Below, in pieces: positions 1 to 13,049 of a stretch of 64,000 nt of DNA. The position numbers were made by a program, and so were the translations under genes. Position 1 is the stretch's first letter; every line of letters begins with the position of its first letter. The stretch comes from Octopus sinensis (lineage: Eukaryota), in contig NC_043001.1 in NCBI RefSeq assembly GCF_006345805.1, forward strand, positions 111,290,001 to 111,354,000, given 5' to 3'. A model generated the notes under the pieces. The model searched no databases, was not told the origin of the DNA, and was given only the letters and a program-made list of their open reading frames with translations.

Positions 1-894
1 TGCCAAAGTTTGAAGAGCTACAGAGAGAGGCTGTAAAACTACTACTTTACTCCTTAGAGTGACAACCCGTACTTATTGTGTTGTATCAGTGAAATTACTT
101 CAGAAAAGATTACATACTTATTATGTTTCTTGAAGTATATGTCTAAAGTTTAGCCTGACCATATAAAACCTATCTAAATGTATATGTTATCTCACCACCG
201 TCTGCCTCATTCTACCAAGCATTTGTGAACATAGCCGGAAAGATTTAATTACAAACTTACTCTATGTCTGAGAAACTACTACGATGAGACACTGAAATGG
301 AAATTCCTCCTGCTATATATATATACAAATTTCATTTTATCTAAAAAAAAAAAAAACATCAAAAGATTAGCATATTTAATAAGGTCAAAAATATCCGCAA
401 GTCACATGATAAGAAGATGCGTGTGTTTCGTTTTCTAGAAAACTTGGAAAGTTAACTACAACATTTAAAAAAATGTGTATGGAAATCGCAAAAGAAGAAT
501 TGCAGCGCCTGTATATACTAAAACTAAAATATACGATATACAGTTATATCTATCTAGAATCGGTTTTTAAATATTTTGACCAAAATAGTAGATGTGTTCA
601 TAATTTAGTTCTGTGAGATTACTGCGTAGTGCATGCACATCATTTTCGTTAGCTTATGAAGTGTTCTGTTGCACGTAACTTATTTCAATGCAGTAAAATA
701 TTCTAGATGTCATGATTGCATGAACTCAATTTTTATGATAAATTTTAATGAGTTTTCAGTCACACTTTAAAGCAAGGCTGGGTAATATGTACTCCGTTTT
801 CACTTAATATCGTAGGCACTTATATTGTCGGGAGCAATATATAGGTGGTGTATTTATTTGACACTGTTCACCACGCATCCTAAAACGGCTATTC

Positions 895-1263
895 TTATTT
901 CTTTATTGCCCACAAGGGGCTAAACATAGAGGGGACACACAAGGACAGACAAAGAGATTAAAGCAATTAGATCGACCCCGTGCGTAATTGGTACTTAATT
1001 TATCAACCCCGAAAGGATGAAAGGCACAGTCGACCTCGGTGGAATTTGAACTCAGAACGTAGCGGCAGTCGAAATACCTATTTCTTTACAAGGGGCTAAA
1101 CACAGAGAGGACAGACAAGCAGATTAAGTCGATTATATCGACCCCAGTGCGTAACTGGTTCTTATTTAATCGACCCCGAAATGATGAAAGGTAAAGTCGA
1201 CCTCGGCGGAATTTGAACTCAGAACGTAGCAGCAGACGAATTACCGCTAAGCAGCTCGCCGCC
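895..1263 (-). mobile_element. tRNA-headed SINE, family A (GGCGGCGAGCTGG head), internally dimeric copy
   Basis: Reverse complement of the motif GTTCTGAGTTCAAATTCCGCCGAGGTCGAC...CATCCTTTCGGGGTCGAT, present twice in tandem; the same family recurs more than 12 times in the window. Confidence 0.85.
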
Positions 1264-2159
1264 TTTGCTGCGTCTGTGTCATTCACCGGATATAGGTACT
1301 TACACACTGTAACTACCACCGTCATTACATCGTTATTTTTAATGATTTTGTCATTACCAATGAAGGCTTGGTGTTTAGTGTATAAGGCTAATGATCGTTA
1401 GATTGTAGTTTCGTTTCCTTGGACAAACCATTTCATTTCACGTTGCTCTAGTTCACTGAGATAGCAAAATTACTAGAATGGTGAGGTCGCGATATGCCGT
1501 CTCTAGAACAGATGGTAACTTATGCAGTGGTGGGCCATAAACTTAGTTTGATGTTGGGTATTATCACTATCACTGCTTACTCACAGACCAGCTCCTGTGC
1601 AGGCCAGTTGAAATGATAAATTTTGATACCATTTGTGCATTTGCAGACTAACACTGCCCAAGAACAAGTTCTTGGTGGCAGGTTGCATTAAAGAACAAGG
1701 CCTGTGAATGCATCGATGTTTTAACACAGAACATTGTGGTAGTTTTAATATTTATTCCTATTCGTGTCATAAAGGTGGGCGATATCAAGAATACTGCTCT
1801 TATTTGTAAAGTAAAGTTATATAAATCTAACATTATATATTTACTTTTGCTATTAAGTTCTGTTTTTATGATTTCCTTTTCTAACACATTTCACTTGCTT
1901 TTATCTAGATTGAGTCTGTCTTTGAAACTATACTTCTCTCCACTGGGATATATTCGTCAGAAAATACACTGTACTTGATGCTGTTCACGCGGTTGTCTGG
2001 TCTTTTTTTCTATATGTATATATCAAATAAAATCTTTTAGAATTAAGTAATTTTAACAATATTCTGATATCAGTTCGGCACTGTATATCGCATGGTTCGT
2101 TAATGACTTTCTGTTCCAAGTCATTGCATTGCATTACTCATATCGTTCTTCTTTTAAAT

Positions 2160-2621
2160 TTTTCCTCTATCTCTTCTCATCCCTCGCTCCTTTCTCTTCG
2201 TCCTCAAAACCATCTTTTTCTTCTTCTTCTTCTTCTTCTTCTTCTTCTTCTTCTTCTTCTTCTCTTCTTCTCTTCTTCTTCTTCTTCTTCTTCTTCTTCT
2301 TCTCTATTTCTTCTTCGTCTTCTTCATCATCATCCTCATTTTCTTCTTCTTCTACTTCTCCTCCTCCTCTCCTCCTCCTTCTTCTTCTTCTTCTTCTTCT
2401 TCTTCTTCCTCGTCTTCTTCCTCCACTTCTCCCTCCTCCCCTTCTTCCACTTCTTCCACTTCCTCCACTTCTTCCCCTTTCTGTCCTTCCTCTTCTCTTC
2501 TTCTTCTCCTTCTTCTTCTCCTTCTTCTTCTCCTCTTCTTCTTCTTCTTCTTCTTATTATTATTATTAGTAGTAGTAGTAGTAGTAGTAGTAGTAGCAGC
2601 AGCAGCAGCAGCAGCAGTAGC

Positions 2622-2676
<55 letters not shown>

Positions 2677-2678
2677 TA
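2160..2678. repeat. Compound trinucleotide microsatellite (CTT/CCT)n-(TAT)n-(AGT)n-(AGC)n-(AGT)n
   Basis: Directly visible; it generates the spurious poly-L/S/F ORFs at 2103-2690. Confidence 0.95.
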
Positions 2679-2897
2679 TACGTCGCATAGTATGCAATAT
2701 TACGAGGCTGTTGATTGATGATATTGTGACTACCGGGGGTTTGTACTGTTTGTCAAGTCACACCAACGACCTCAGACAGAAAGTACTTTACGCAATATGC
2801 ATACAGTTCCGAGTAATGCCGATTTTTGCAATACACCTAGATTGCAGGGTAGTTCTAAGTTTCCAGATATTTCTTCAGTTTCGGTGGAATTGAACTC

Positions 2898-3260
2898 AGA
2901 TGACAACAGAGACAACCTTTATGTTTGACTCCCTTAGGTGCCACATCTTGGCGATCTCAATGATCTAGCCTCCATAATTATCAATCATTTCTCTTTTTCT
3001 TTTTTCGTGATAATATATTGATCTTTTGGCACTGCCACGTCGATTAGTAGGCACTGTTGTTGTCCCTCCTAAAGGTTAATATATCCCGCCTTCGGTGCTC
3101 TAATACATTGTCTGTTCGGAAGTCAAAGTCTCACAGTATTTTTGTCTTCCTCTTACCGTACATGACCTTTTGCGGTGTATGTAGGTACAAGGCACCCGTT
3201 ACCTCGTATGTATACTTCCGCCAGGGTAGACTGTTGGAAAAGACAAATTACTAACTTCGG
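2898..3260 (-). pseudogene. Decayed restriction-like endonuclease (RLE) domain of a non-LTR retrotransposon (R4/Dong/Hero-like)
   Basis: Manual minus-strand translation with frameshifts gives LHTPQKV...KIL*DFDFRTDNVLEHRRRDI...QQCLLIDVAVPKDQ...EK-IDNY...IEIAKMWHL...KVVSVVI, matching the PD..D/E RLE signature. Confidence 0.7.
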
Positions 3261-4026
3261 ACTACAATAAGTAAACTTACACGTCAAGCTCCTTCCTAAG
3301 CATCCTTATTATTATTGAGTGAGAGCAGTGCGTGCCATCATAGTGACAATGGGGTAAAATATACGAAGCCCAGCATGACTACTCTTCCAATAAGGGAACA
3401 CAGGTACATGCATCACAACCATATGTGCACGAGGTGTTAATTTAATATCATAATAAATAGCGCATGATCTTGCAGGTGGGGATTAGGATTTTATTCAATT
3501 CGAGTAGCACATACTGCTCAAAAGCTTCCTGAATAAGGGTTGTTTAAGGATATTGAACGAAACACCCTTGTTTCCCAAGGTTAATTGTCCAAATTCCAAA
3601 ATTTCCCTTTCAACACATGGTTATAATACTATCTCACTAGATGTAATTGTGATCAGAGTTCTACCTATCGTCAGTCACTAAGGGACATGCTCAACTGGTT
3701 ACGGTCAAACAACTGACAAGCAAATCTGTGGTATTCAGCAGAAAATTTGCTGTTACCCATCTTTTTTACCAAAACAAAACAAAGTACATGATAACACTTT
3801 CAGTCAGTTAAGATCAGAAGCCAATAGAGCCACTGTATGGTCGTGCATGAGAGCAATTTTTACTATTTACTTTTAATCTGCATATTTGTTACAATCATTC
3901 GCCGAGACACACTCAGCGCCCTAGGGTGAGTGAAGGATAAGAGATATTACAGTATGACTGACAGCTTGGGGAGGGGAAGTGACAGTGGCGAAAAATCTTC
4001 ACGTATTACAATACATACACTGAAAT

Positions 4027-4250
4027 TTATAGAGTTTTCCTAAAGATGTCGGTAGGAGTTCTGAGCACAATTTCTTGGATTTCCTTGAGATATGGATCTC
4101 CTAGGATATTGTCTAAATGTTATGACCTGCCGGGACTCAGTGGGTGGATGCGCCACCATGATGCCCTTTTTGGGCGTCTGTTGTGTTATGACCCGCTATT
4201 TCTTTCTCGGTAGGTAGATGCACTGCCAGGCTTTACCCTTATGGACACTA
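4027..4250 (-). pseudogene. C-terminal fragment of an RLE-type non-LTR retrotransposon ORF
   Basis: Minus strand HLDNILGDPYLKEIQEIVLRTPTDIFRKTL* resembles the EIQKIVLxGTAxILRK end of R4/Dong-type ORFs. Confidence 0.5.
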
Positions 4251-4344
4251 CCTTGGCGTGAGAGGAGCTATGCTGGATAGGTTCAACTATGCTGGATCCC
4301 TTTCTTTTTATTTTTTATTTACCATACCTAAAGTGAGCGGGTAG

Positions 4345-4790
4345 AAATCTTTAGAAAGCCGGACAAATTGCTTTACGGTATCTGATTTCTCCGTTCAAAT
4401 TCGCCGAGGCTGACTTTCATACTTTCGGGTCGTTGAAATCAGTACCAGTCTAGTAATGGGGTCGCTGTCATTACCTTCCATCTCCCCGATTATCTACTGG
4501 CCCAGTGTTAAAATTTGAAGTTACTATGTTTCAATAGGTTTGTCTGAGTATTTTATTTCTATTATCACTTCATCATTCAGACGGCAAGCTGGAAGAAATG
4601 TTTGCACGCCGGGCAAAAAACTAAGTGGCTTTTGTTCCGTCTTTATGTTCTGAGTTCAAATTCCGCCGAGGTCAACTTAGTCTTTCATCTTTTCGGTGTC
4701 GATAATATAAGTTGAACAATGGGGTCGATAAAATCGCCTTGCCCCCTAAAATTTCAAGCCTTGTGTCTATAGTAGAAATTATTCTTCATC
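4345..4790 (+). mobile_element. Two degenerate family A SINE copies
   Basis: GTTCAAATTCGCCGAGG (about 4395) and GTTCTGAGTTCAAATTCCGCCGAGGTCAAC (about 4647) cores with the downstream GGGGTCG motif. Confidence 0.65.
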
Positions 4791-6173
4791 CTTTCCCTCA
4801 TAAAGCGTATGTTGTTATTATTTGTGTTTTGTTAAGTAGATGCTGACTATTCTGGTACTTCTCGTACGGCATTTAAATACTATGATTTTGTATATATATA
4901 TATCATACGGAAGACATACAATTCGTAACGTTGTATCGTTTTTAACCTAAAGGTCTCTGCATAGTCTTCTTTTTGTTTACCGAACGTTTCTTTCACAGAT
5001 TAATTAAATACTTTCTTTAGCAAGCGCTCTTGTTATATTTTCTTTATTCTAGATCTTTCTATTCAGTTGTACTGCATTCATCCTTTATTTTTCAATTTAT
5101 ACAATGTATCAATTTGTCTTGTCTCTAGTGCTCCAATTAGAATCAATACGGCCATTCTTACTGAATAAATTAGATCGGTTAGTTTATAACTAATCGACTT
5201 GGTGTTTTTCAGGAAAAAAAATATCTTGTAGAAATTTTTCATACTTGCCAATATTTTACGTTGAGATGGTTATTTATTTCTAGCATCTTCGGGGGTTTCC
5301 TTTCATCCGCATATCGATTTCTCGTGACCTCATCCGCTAATGTGTTTACTTTTTCCTTTTGTATCTTCTCAATTATAACTATGAATGATATATTGCAAAA
5401 TGTGATTATGTTTTGTTGGTTTATATATGTGAAATTTGCATTGTACCTGTGTATTTAGATTAATCTCTCCACGGGCAATTCTACGACCTCATTGATTGTT
5501 TGTTTTTCCGTTTTCCTACTCTGTTCACGTCTGAATTCGATAATTCTTTAATTGCTTCTTGTTAGGTGGATCATGATACAATTTTAAATTTTCGGATCTG
5601 CGAAATGTTTCTTATATATACCCGTACTTACGCATAAATATCACAAATATTTTGGAAACTCTCTTTATCTCTTTTTCCAACAACTTGTGCGTCTGGTTTA
5701 TACAAGTAGTATAAGTAGTATATATATTATATATGAGACAGAACTCTATAAGTAATATTCTATTTTTGATATTCCAAAATTCAATATAGTTTATACTGAC
5801 CTAACGGTCTGTTGTAAGTTTGACTTACAAACACAATAAATCTATGAATTAATCGAATGGACATAGATCAAATCAAAATTTTGTGTTGAAATTTGACACA
5901 TTCTCAGAAACGAGGAAATGTCGTTAGAACATAGCGTGTATTTAAGCCTATATATATACACGACTTCCGCAGAATATCACGTCTTCTCAAATAATATCAG
6001 AAACTTAAGTGCAACTGTCGAAAGCAGCATATGCTGGGGCACTGTCACCAAGAATAAGAACAATATAACTGACATAAATTACACTTTGCAATTGGATACT
6101 TAGATATTTAGATTCTACACATGCTAGTAACATTATCCCTACGCTTGCTCGAACTTATCTCGAATACTATAGC

Positions 6174-6393
6174 TTTACTCTTTTACCCGTTTCAGTCATT
6201 TTACTGTGGCCATGCTGGAGAACCGCTTTTAGTCCAGGAAAATCTACCCCAGAACTTATTCTTTGTAAGCCTAGTACTAATACTATCGGTCTCTTTTGCC
6301 GAGCTGCTAAGTTACGGGGACGTAAACACACCAGCATCGGTTGTCAACCGATGTTGGGGGTACATACACAGACACAAAAACATATACACACAA

Positions 6394-6449
<56 letters not shown>

Positions 6450-6633
6450 TATATATATTATATACATATATACGACGGGCTGCTTTCAGTTACCGTCTAC
6501 CAAATCCTCTCACAAGGCTTTGGTCGGCTCGATGCTATAGTAGAAGTCACTTGCCCAAGGTGCCACGCAGTGGGACGGAATCCGGAACCATGTGATTGGT
6601 AAGCAAGCTACTTACCACAAACTACTCCTACGC
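6174..6633 (-). mobile_element. tRNA-headed SINE, family B (internal TA/TG microsatellite), full length
   Basis: Reverse complement matches the copy at 9028-9440: head, GGTAGACGGAAACTGAAAG core, internal (TA)n, CAGTCAAATGACTG-type tail. Confidence 0.9.
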
Positions 6634-7338
6634 TTTTTGAATTTTCTCTATGCCAAACTAAGCATTATGAAAATTTTGAGTCACTGCAGACGCCAAATAC
6701 AAAAGTAAAATAAAGTAAAATACAGTAAGATACACGAAAGGCATTGATTGCAAGATGTGCTTCAAAACTTCTATTCCCTCCATCACATCCTTGAGGACTA
6801 CAACCTTCCTGCAATACGAAAATATTCCGTTAACATTGATATCAAGACATCACGTTAACAAATAAGTCAAGATTTGGACACCGTGACATATGTTGTCTAT
6901 GATGTCGTGTTTCACTTCATACAGCTGCATTGCTGCACAACATTTTTACTATTCAACTAGATGCTGCCAGAAGAAATCAAACAAAAATTTCCATTTATGA
7001 GACCGATTCTCAGCCCTCCCTACCGTGACTCAGAAGAAACCCAGGATAGGAAAACAGTAGGGCGATATATGTGTAGCTGCACTACACTGATACTGATTTT
7101 CAACAGAGATAAAACCGTTGGGGTTAATTTAGGACAACAGACGTCAACATACCGCTGGAAAGAACTCATGATCTTATGAGGTAGACGCCAGTATCTTACC
7201 TAATAAACCATGCGTCTTCAAACACACTTAGTCACACACACACAAACGCACTCACATATATACATAACTATTTCTTTTACAAGACTTGCATTAATGGCAA
7301 AAATTATAGGGTATAGTATTATTTATCCGGGGTAATAA

Positions 7339-7735
7339 GGCGGCGAGCTGGCAGAAACGTTAGCACGCCGGGCGAAATGCGTAGCCGTATTTCGTCTGCC
7401 GTTACGTTCTGGGTTCAAATTCCGCCGAGATTAACTTTGCCTTTCATCCTTTCGGGGTCGATAAATTAAGTACCTCTTACGCACTGGAGTCGATGTAATC
7501 GACTTAATCCGTCTGTATGCCCGTGTTTGTTCTCTCTGTGTTTAGCCCCTTGCGGGTAGTAAAGAAATAGGAAGTCCGTTTGCCGCTAAGTTCTGAGTTC
7601 AAATTTCGCCGAGGTCGACTTTGTCTTACATCCTTTAGAAGTCGTCTAAATAAGCACCAGTTACGCACTGGAGGTCGATGTAATCGACTTAATCCCTTCC
7701 CTAAGCTGCCCTTGTGGCAAAATTTCAAATCAATA
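7339..7735 (+). mobile_element. Family A SINE, internally dimeric
   Basis: GGCGGCGAGCTGGCAGAAACGTTAGCACGCCGGGCG head; B-box-like GTTCAAAT core repeated at about 7413 and 7598. Confidence 0.9.
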
Positions 7736-8754
7736 TTTCTCGGAAGCAATTAATAGTCCTCGATATCATGCCTCTTTATGTGCGCCTACATAGTTGTGAC
7801 GAAGCGTAAACTGTTGGGTAAACAGCTGAGTTTCTCCTTGCGAAAGTGGTCATTTAATCATCTGAAGAAATTTAAAATAAATGCATAAGAGTTATTCACC
7901 ATCAGCTCACTTTGTTGTCTGTTCTCTCCCGCATATGTGACTTTGTTATTTGTCTTAATTATCTCTTCAGATACCTAGAATTGTTACAATACACAACGAT
8001 GCAGATGTCACAATTAATATCAGCTTCGTGACCATCGAATATCTTCAACATCAACAGATTCATAGCCATAGTCCCCACCGCCGTCATTATCGTTATCTCC
8101 ATCACGAGTTTTATTTATAAATGTATTTCTAAGAAGGAAGAAAAGAGGAGAACAATGAGAAAATGGAAGAAGTGACGATGGGAAGAGACAGAGAAATAAA
8201 GCAAAAGTGGTGTGTATAGCAATAGAAATATTGACTACATGATGTACGACAATAATTCGAGTTAAAATTGATCGAAATCTCAAAAGTTATATGGACTATA
8301 GTATAGAAAGCAGTGCAGAGGTGGCAATGTATAGAAAAGCTGGTGATTTTAGCACCAAGATCTTCACAGAGGTTAAGGTCATTATATTTCATTGTATGCT
8401 TAGAACAACATATACATTTACATATATATATATATATTTATATATATATGTGTGTGTGTGTGTAGGGAACAAGTATAGTGTGTGCGTGTGAGTGTGTACA
8501 TGTGTGTGTCTCTGTATGCATCGATGTATGCGCGTATGTATGCGAGGGCGGTGTTGTGCCAGTGTGTTTAAGAATCTCGCTTTGTAATCACGCAGTTTCG
8601 GTATTAGTCTTCCTGCGCAAATGCTTGGACAAGTGGATCTGCCTACAGTTATGGATAGAGTCGTGTTTTGTGACCAAATTACATAGGTAGAAACTGCGTC
8701 TAAACCCGTCATACATACATAGATATATATATGTATTTATGTATGTATGTTATG

Positions 8755-8844
<90 letters not shown>

Positions 8845-9027
8845 CAAATCGAATAACCAATATAAAAAACAAGCTATAACAAAACAACATGGAGTGTGTT
8901 AGATTTTGAGGCTTCGAGCATAAATCTTCGTCATAAAGGAAAACGGATAATGCCCAGAAGTTGAAAGAAACAGTGAAAGTGCTTTTTGGGCATTGAAGTT
9001 TGTGAAGATGTCTAATGAATATGTATA

Positions 9028-9440
9028 GGCGCAGGAGTGGTTGTGTGGTAAGTAGCTTGCTGACCAACCACATGGTTCCGGGTTCAGTCCCACTGCGTGG
9101 CATCCTGGGCAAGTGTCTTCTGCTATAGCCCCGGGCCGACCAATGCCTTGTGAGTGGATTTGGTAGACGGAAACTGAAAGAAGCCTGTCGTATATATGTA
9201 TATGTATATATGCGTGTGTGTGTTTGTGTGTCTGTGTTTGTCCCCCTAGCATTGCTTGACAACCGATGCTGGTGTGTTTATGTCCCCGTTACTTAGCGGT
9301 GCGGCAAAAGAGACCGATAGAATAAGTACTAGGCTTACAAAAAGAATAATTCCCCGGGTCGAGTTGCTCGATTAAAGGCGGTGCTCCAGCAGGGCCGCAG
9401 TCAAATGACTGAAACAAGTAAAAGAGAGTAAAAGAGAGTA
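9028..9440 (+). mobile_element. Family B SINE, full length (reference copy)
   Basis: GGCGCAGGAGTGGTTGTGTGGTAAGTAGC head, GGTTCAGTCCC B-box-like motif, internal TA/TG tract, tail GGCGGTGCTCCAGCAGGGCCGCAGTCAAATGACTGAAAC followed by (AAAAGAGT)-like repeats. Confidence 0.9.
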
Positions 9441-9859
9441 TGTGAATGTGCGTGTGTACGTGAATGAGTGTTTCGTCTATGTTATTCTACCAATTATATA
9501 CGTTTTTATTATTTTTTTGTAATTTACTTAGTCATTGATATTTTATTGTTATTTTAATTTTAATATTTCTATTATATGTAATTTTGTAGATGGTGTAATT
9601 TAATTGTTCATTTTGAATTGATAAAAGGTAGGTTTTTTCTAGGTAGGTAGGTGGTTAGGCTGGTAGCCAGGTAGGTAGACAGGTAGTTATATGTCTGTAC
9701 GTATGTAGTGTATGTATGCATGTGATGGCATGGTTGTATGTGTATGTGAGCGTGTGTATGAACTGATTTTTATCGAGGTACCCGATGGTGCTGCGTGGAA
9801 ATTTTCTGTAAAATATTTACCGTCAAAGAACATAATGCAAAAAATACAAAATTATACAT

Positions 9860-9903
9860 ACACACATACATACGTACATATATATATATATGTACATGTA
9901 TAT

Positions 9904-9971
<68 letters not shown>

Positions 9972-10011
9972 TATATATATATATATATACATACATATAT
10001 ATATACACATA

Positions 10012-10052
<41 letters not shown>

Positions 10053-10097
10053 GTATGTATGTATGCATGTATATATATATATACATATATATATATG

Positions 10098-10138
<41 letters not shown>

Positions 10139-10210
10139 TATAGATATGTATGTATATATACATATATATATTATGTATGCATGCACATATATACAGATAT
10201 TTACATATAT
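9860..10210. repeat. Interrupted (TA)n/(TATG)n microsatellite
   Basis: Directly visible; source of several YIYI ORFs. Confidence 0.95.
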
Positions 10211-10911
10211 GTGTGGGGGGGGGGGTATAGATTTTGCGTGTGTGATTCTTATCAGTGTTTCCGACGGTGCTGCGTGGAAATACTATGTAAAAGATTTACA
10301 GTCAAAGAAAATAATGTAAAAGATACAGAATTAAAGACAAATAGCCTAAGAAAACAGAATAAACAGATGAAATGGAGAGAAACAATAGTCCTACAAGCGT
10401 TTGAGACATAACTAGAAACTAAATATGATATACCTAGAAATATATTTATATATGTATTTTGTGAATATATCGTCATCATTAGTGGCGAGATTGGTAGATA
10501 AATACAGAGCTCCTGGATCTAATGGAAACTGATAAACAAACAACATTTATTCCAATTTGTTTGTATAATAGATGTATATACACATACATGTGTGTGTGTG
10601 TGTGTATGCAGATATATGCACATATATAAATTTATATATACATATATATAGTAATTTTGTTTACTTATTATATATTGATTATTCATTTTTGTTCTTTTTG
10701 TGATCTACTTATATATATTTTTTTAATGTATTTTATTTTTTATTTATGATTTAGTTTATATTTATCATTGTTTGAATTGTATAATGGTGGTTTTTCTCTA
10801 ATTTATATATTATATAATTTATATTGCGAAATTTGATTTAATACTAATAGAATTTTTCCTGTAAGTTTGGGGTTATACACCCTAATATTATTATTATTGT
10901 AAATATATATA

Positions 10912-10976
<65 letters not shown>

Positions 10977-11112
10977 GTATGCATATATATATTATATGTA
11001 TGCATGTACATATGTATTCATAAGCATTTATGCATAGGCCTCTGAGTTGAAGCAGAAGCAAGTCAGGCAGCTACAGAGCTTGATTTGCTCAGAGTTTAAA
11101 GCCACATTGAAT

Positions 11113-11203
<91 letters not shown>

Positions 11204-11210
11204 GATAGAT
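11113..11210. repeat. (GATA)n microsatellite
   Basis: Directly visible. Confidence 0.95.
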
Positions 11211-11920
11211 CGTAGAAAAACATACCAGGTCAGTCACAGGCCATGAAGACTGTCATTGAGAAGAAAATGTGCATAGAAACAATATAAAGATAATCTGTGT
11301 CCTTATTGAATGAAAAATAAAACTAAAACAAGTAAAATCTCTTGAAATATACGCTGTGCTCTCACACAAATTTCATTTTCATGGCTATTGATGTTAAAAA
11401 GTAATAACATAAAATAAACGAGAACCTTATGATGTTGCTAAACTAAAAACGTCTAAACAAGCAGTTGTTCTTTAAGATATGATCATTTTAATTTTAAAAA
11501 ATTATGTATTTCTTTTCTGAAATTGAAAAGATGCTATTATACCTTGTGGAAAGAAAAGATTAAGCTCAAAAATAGAATTAGTAAATATTACCAAAGAAAA
11601 GAAGATAAATCACTTAATTTTCCAAGCGGATTATCAAAGAGAACGTTAAAAAAAAGTCCATAAGAAATTGAAAACAGGAAGACTTGTAAAATAATAAGTT
11701 CGGTAAGTCATGGCAGGAAAAAATTTTATGTTTTTCTATATTTTAAATTAGATTATTCACATACAAAGCATTATAAAATGATAAGTATGTAGAGCAGTAG
11801 CTAGAAATACGATGTCCCAGTAAAAGTCAGGTTACAAAATAAAATCTGTATAAAATACCGGAAAGAAATGCACGAGCACATACCATAGCATACATGCATA
11901 TTTTTGTGTGTCTGTATAAA

Positions 11921-12240
11921 GGTGCGCGACTTAGTGGTTAGGCTATTCAGCTCGTGATTGTAAGGTCGTGATTTCAATTCTAGACGGCGACACGTGTCCT
12001 TGAACAAGACGCTTTCTTTGACGTTGCTCCAGTCCACTCGGCTGTCAAAAATGAGTTGTACCTTCATTTCAAAGGGACAGCTTTGTCACATTCTATGCCA
12101 GGCTGAATTTCCTTGCGAACTACGTGAAGACAACTTTTGTCAGTAGAGCGCTTAACCACTTTCGAGTTCATTTCCCGATCAGGCTGTTTCGCTGAGAGGA
12201 TCAGCTGGAACCCGTGTAGTCGATACCGAAAGATCGCTTG
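11921..12240 (+). mobile_element. tRNA-headed SINE, family C (degenerate)
   Basis: A-box-like TAGTGGTTAGG, then GTCCTTGAACAAGAC...GTTGCTCCAGTCCACTC core shared with 30100-30434 and 42625-42870. Confidence 0.65.
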
Positions 12241-13049
12241 TGTTTATGTGTGGCGTATTGTGGTATGTGCGTGCGTGCGCGCGCGTGTGTGTCCATATGT
12301 GTGCATTAGTCAAATTATACACACTAACAAAAGACTAATGATAGGATTCTAAACATTAGAGTTCCACTCAATACTCAAATTAAGACGAATGAGCCATTAA
12401 AATGTCATCTCCAAAGTTTGTTCAACGAAGCTGAGAAGCGAACCTTCAGGTACCATAACAGTTTTAATTTCCCCTGCAATAACTAAAGGTGACAATAGAC
12501 GTAATAATTCGGTCCCTTTAATCCAACAATTCAGAGGTCTACTAATTCAGAGATTTCATTCGTCCAATAGTCACAATACACTGCTAGATCAGATAGACAT
12601 CTGCCATGATAGTGAAAGATATTTCTTCTCTGAAAACATAAAGCTTGAATCACACAAATTTTGAAATTTGACAGAGCACTTCCACATAACACTGCAGATG
12701 CGAATTGCAAATGTTCGTAAAGTCTTTAATTTTTTCTCGGTCCAGAGACCACCATATTCCGAAGACAGTCGAATAATGTTTACTTTAAATACTAAACCTA
12801 TATGCTTGGAATGTGATACAGTGTCATCCGAGAAATATCAAATTTAGATGTTTTTCCATGTCTTATCTATCGAATGTTGCTTGTTTACTCGACGGATATA
12901 ATATTAGTAATTAGAATCATAAAAAAATTCCACGGTATTTTCCCTGTAAACATACGTGCTGTATTCCGTAAACACGTATTCGAAACTGCTCACTGGTTCC
13001 CGTGCACAGCCTCCATTTTAAAAATCTATACATTTAGCTCCATATATTC

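Noticed and set aside
2103-2690. 195-aa and 146-aa ORFs
   Set aside because: Pure microsatellite read-through (poly-L/S/F); no coding signal.
5250-5480. Possible Penelope RT thumb relic (IYKPTKHNHILQY) on the minus strand
   Set aside because: AT-rich and ambiguous; cannot be supported by eye.
8020-8128. Minus-strand candidate terminal exon after a strong polypyrimidine-AG (NTFINKTRDGDNDNDGGGDY...)
   Set aside because: Looks like decayed GAT/GGT triplets; no recognisable homology and no partner exons.
9712-10411. Many YI-, VC-, HT- and LSIY-repeat ORFs here and at 16, 19, 28, 29, 31, 33 and 51 kb
   Set aside because: TA, TG, TATG and GATA repeats lack stop codons in several frames; artefactual.
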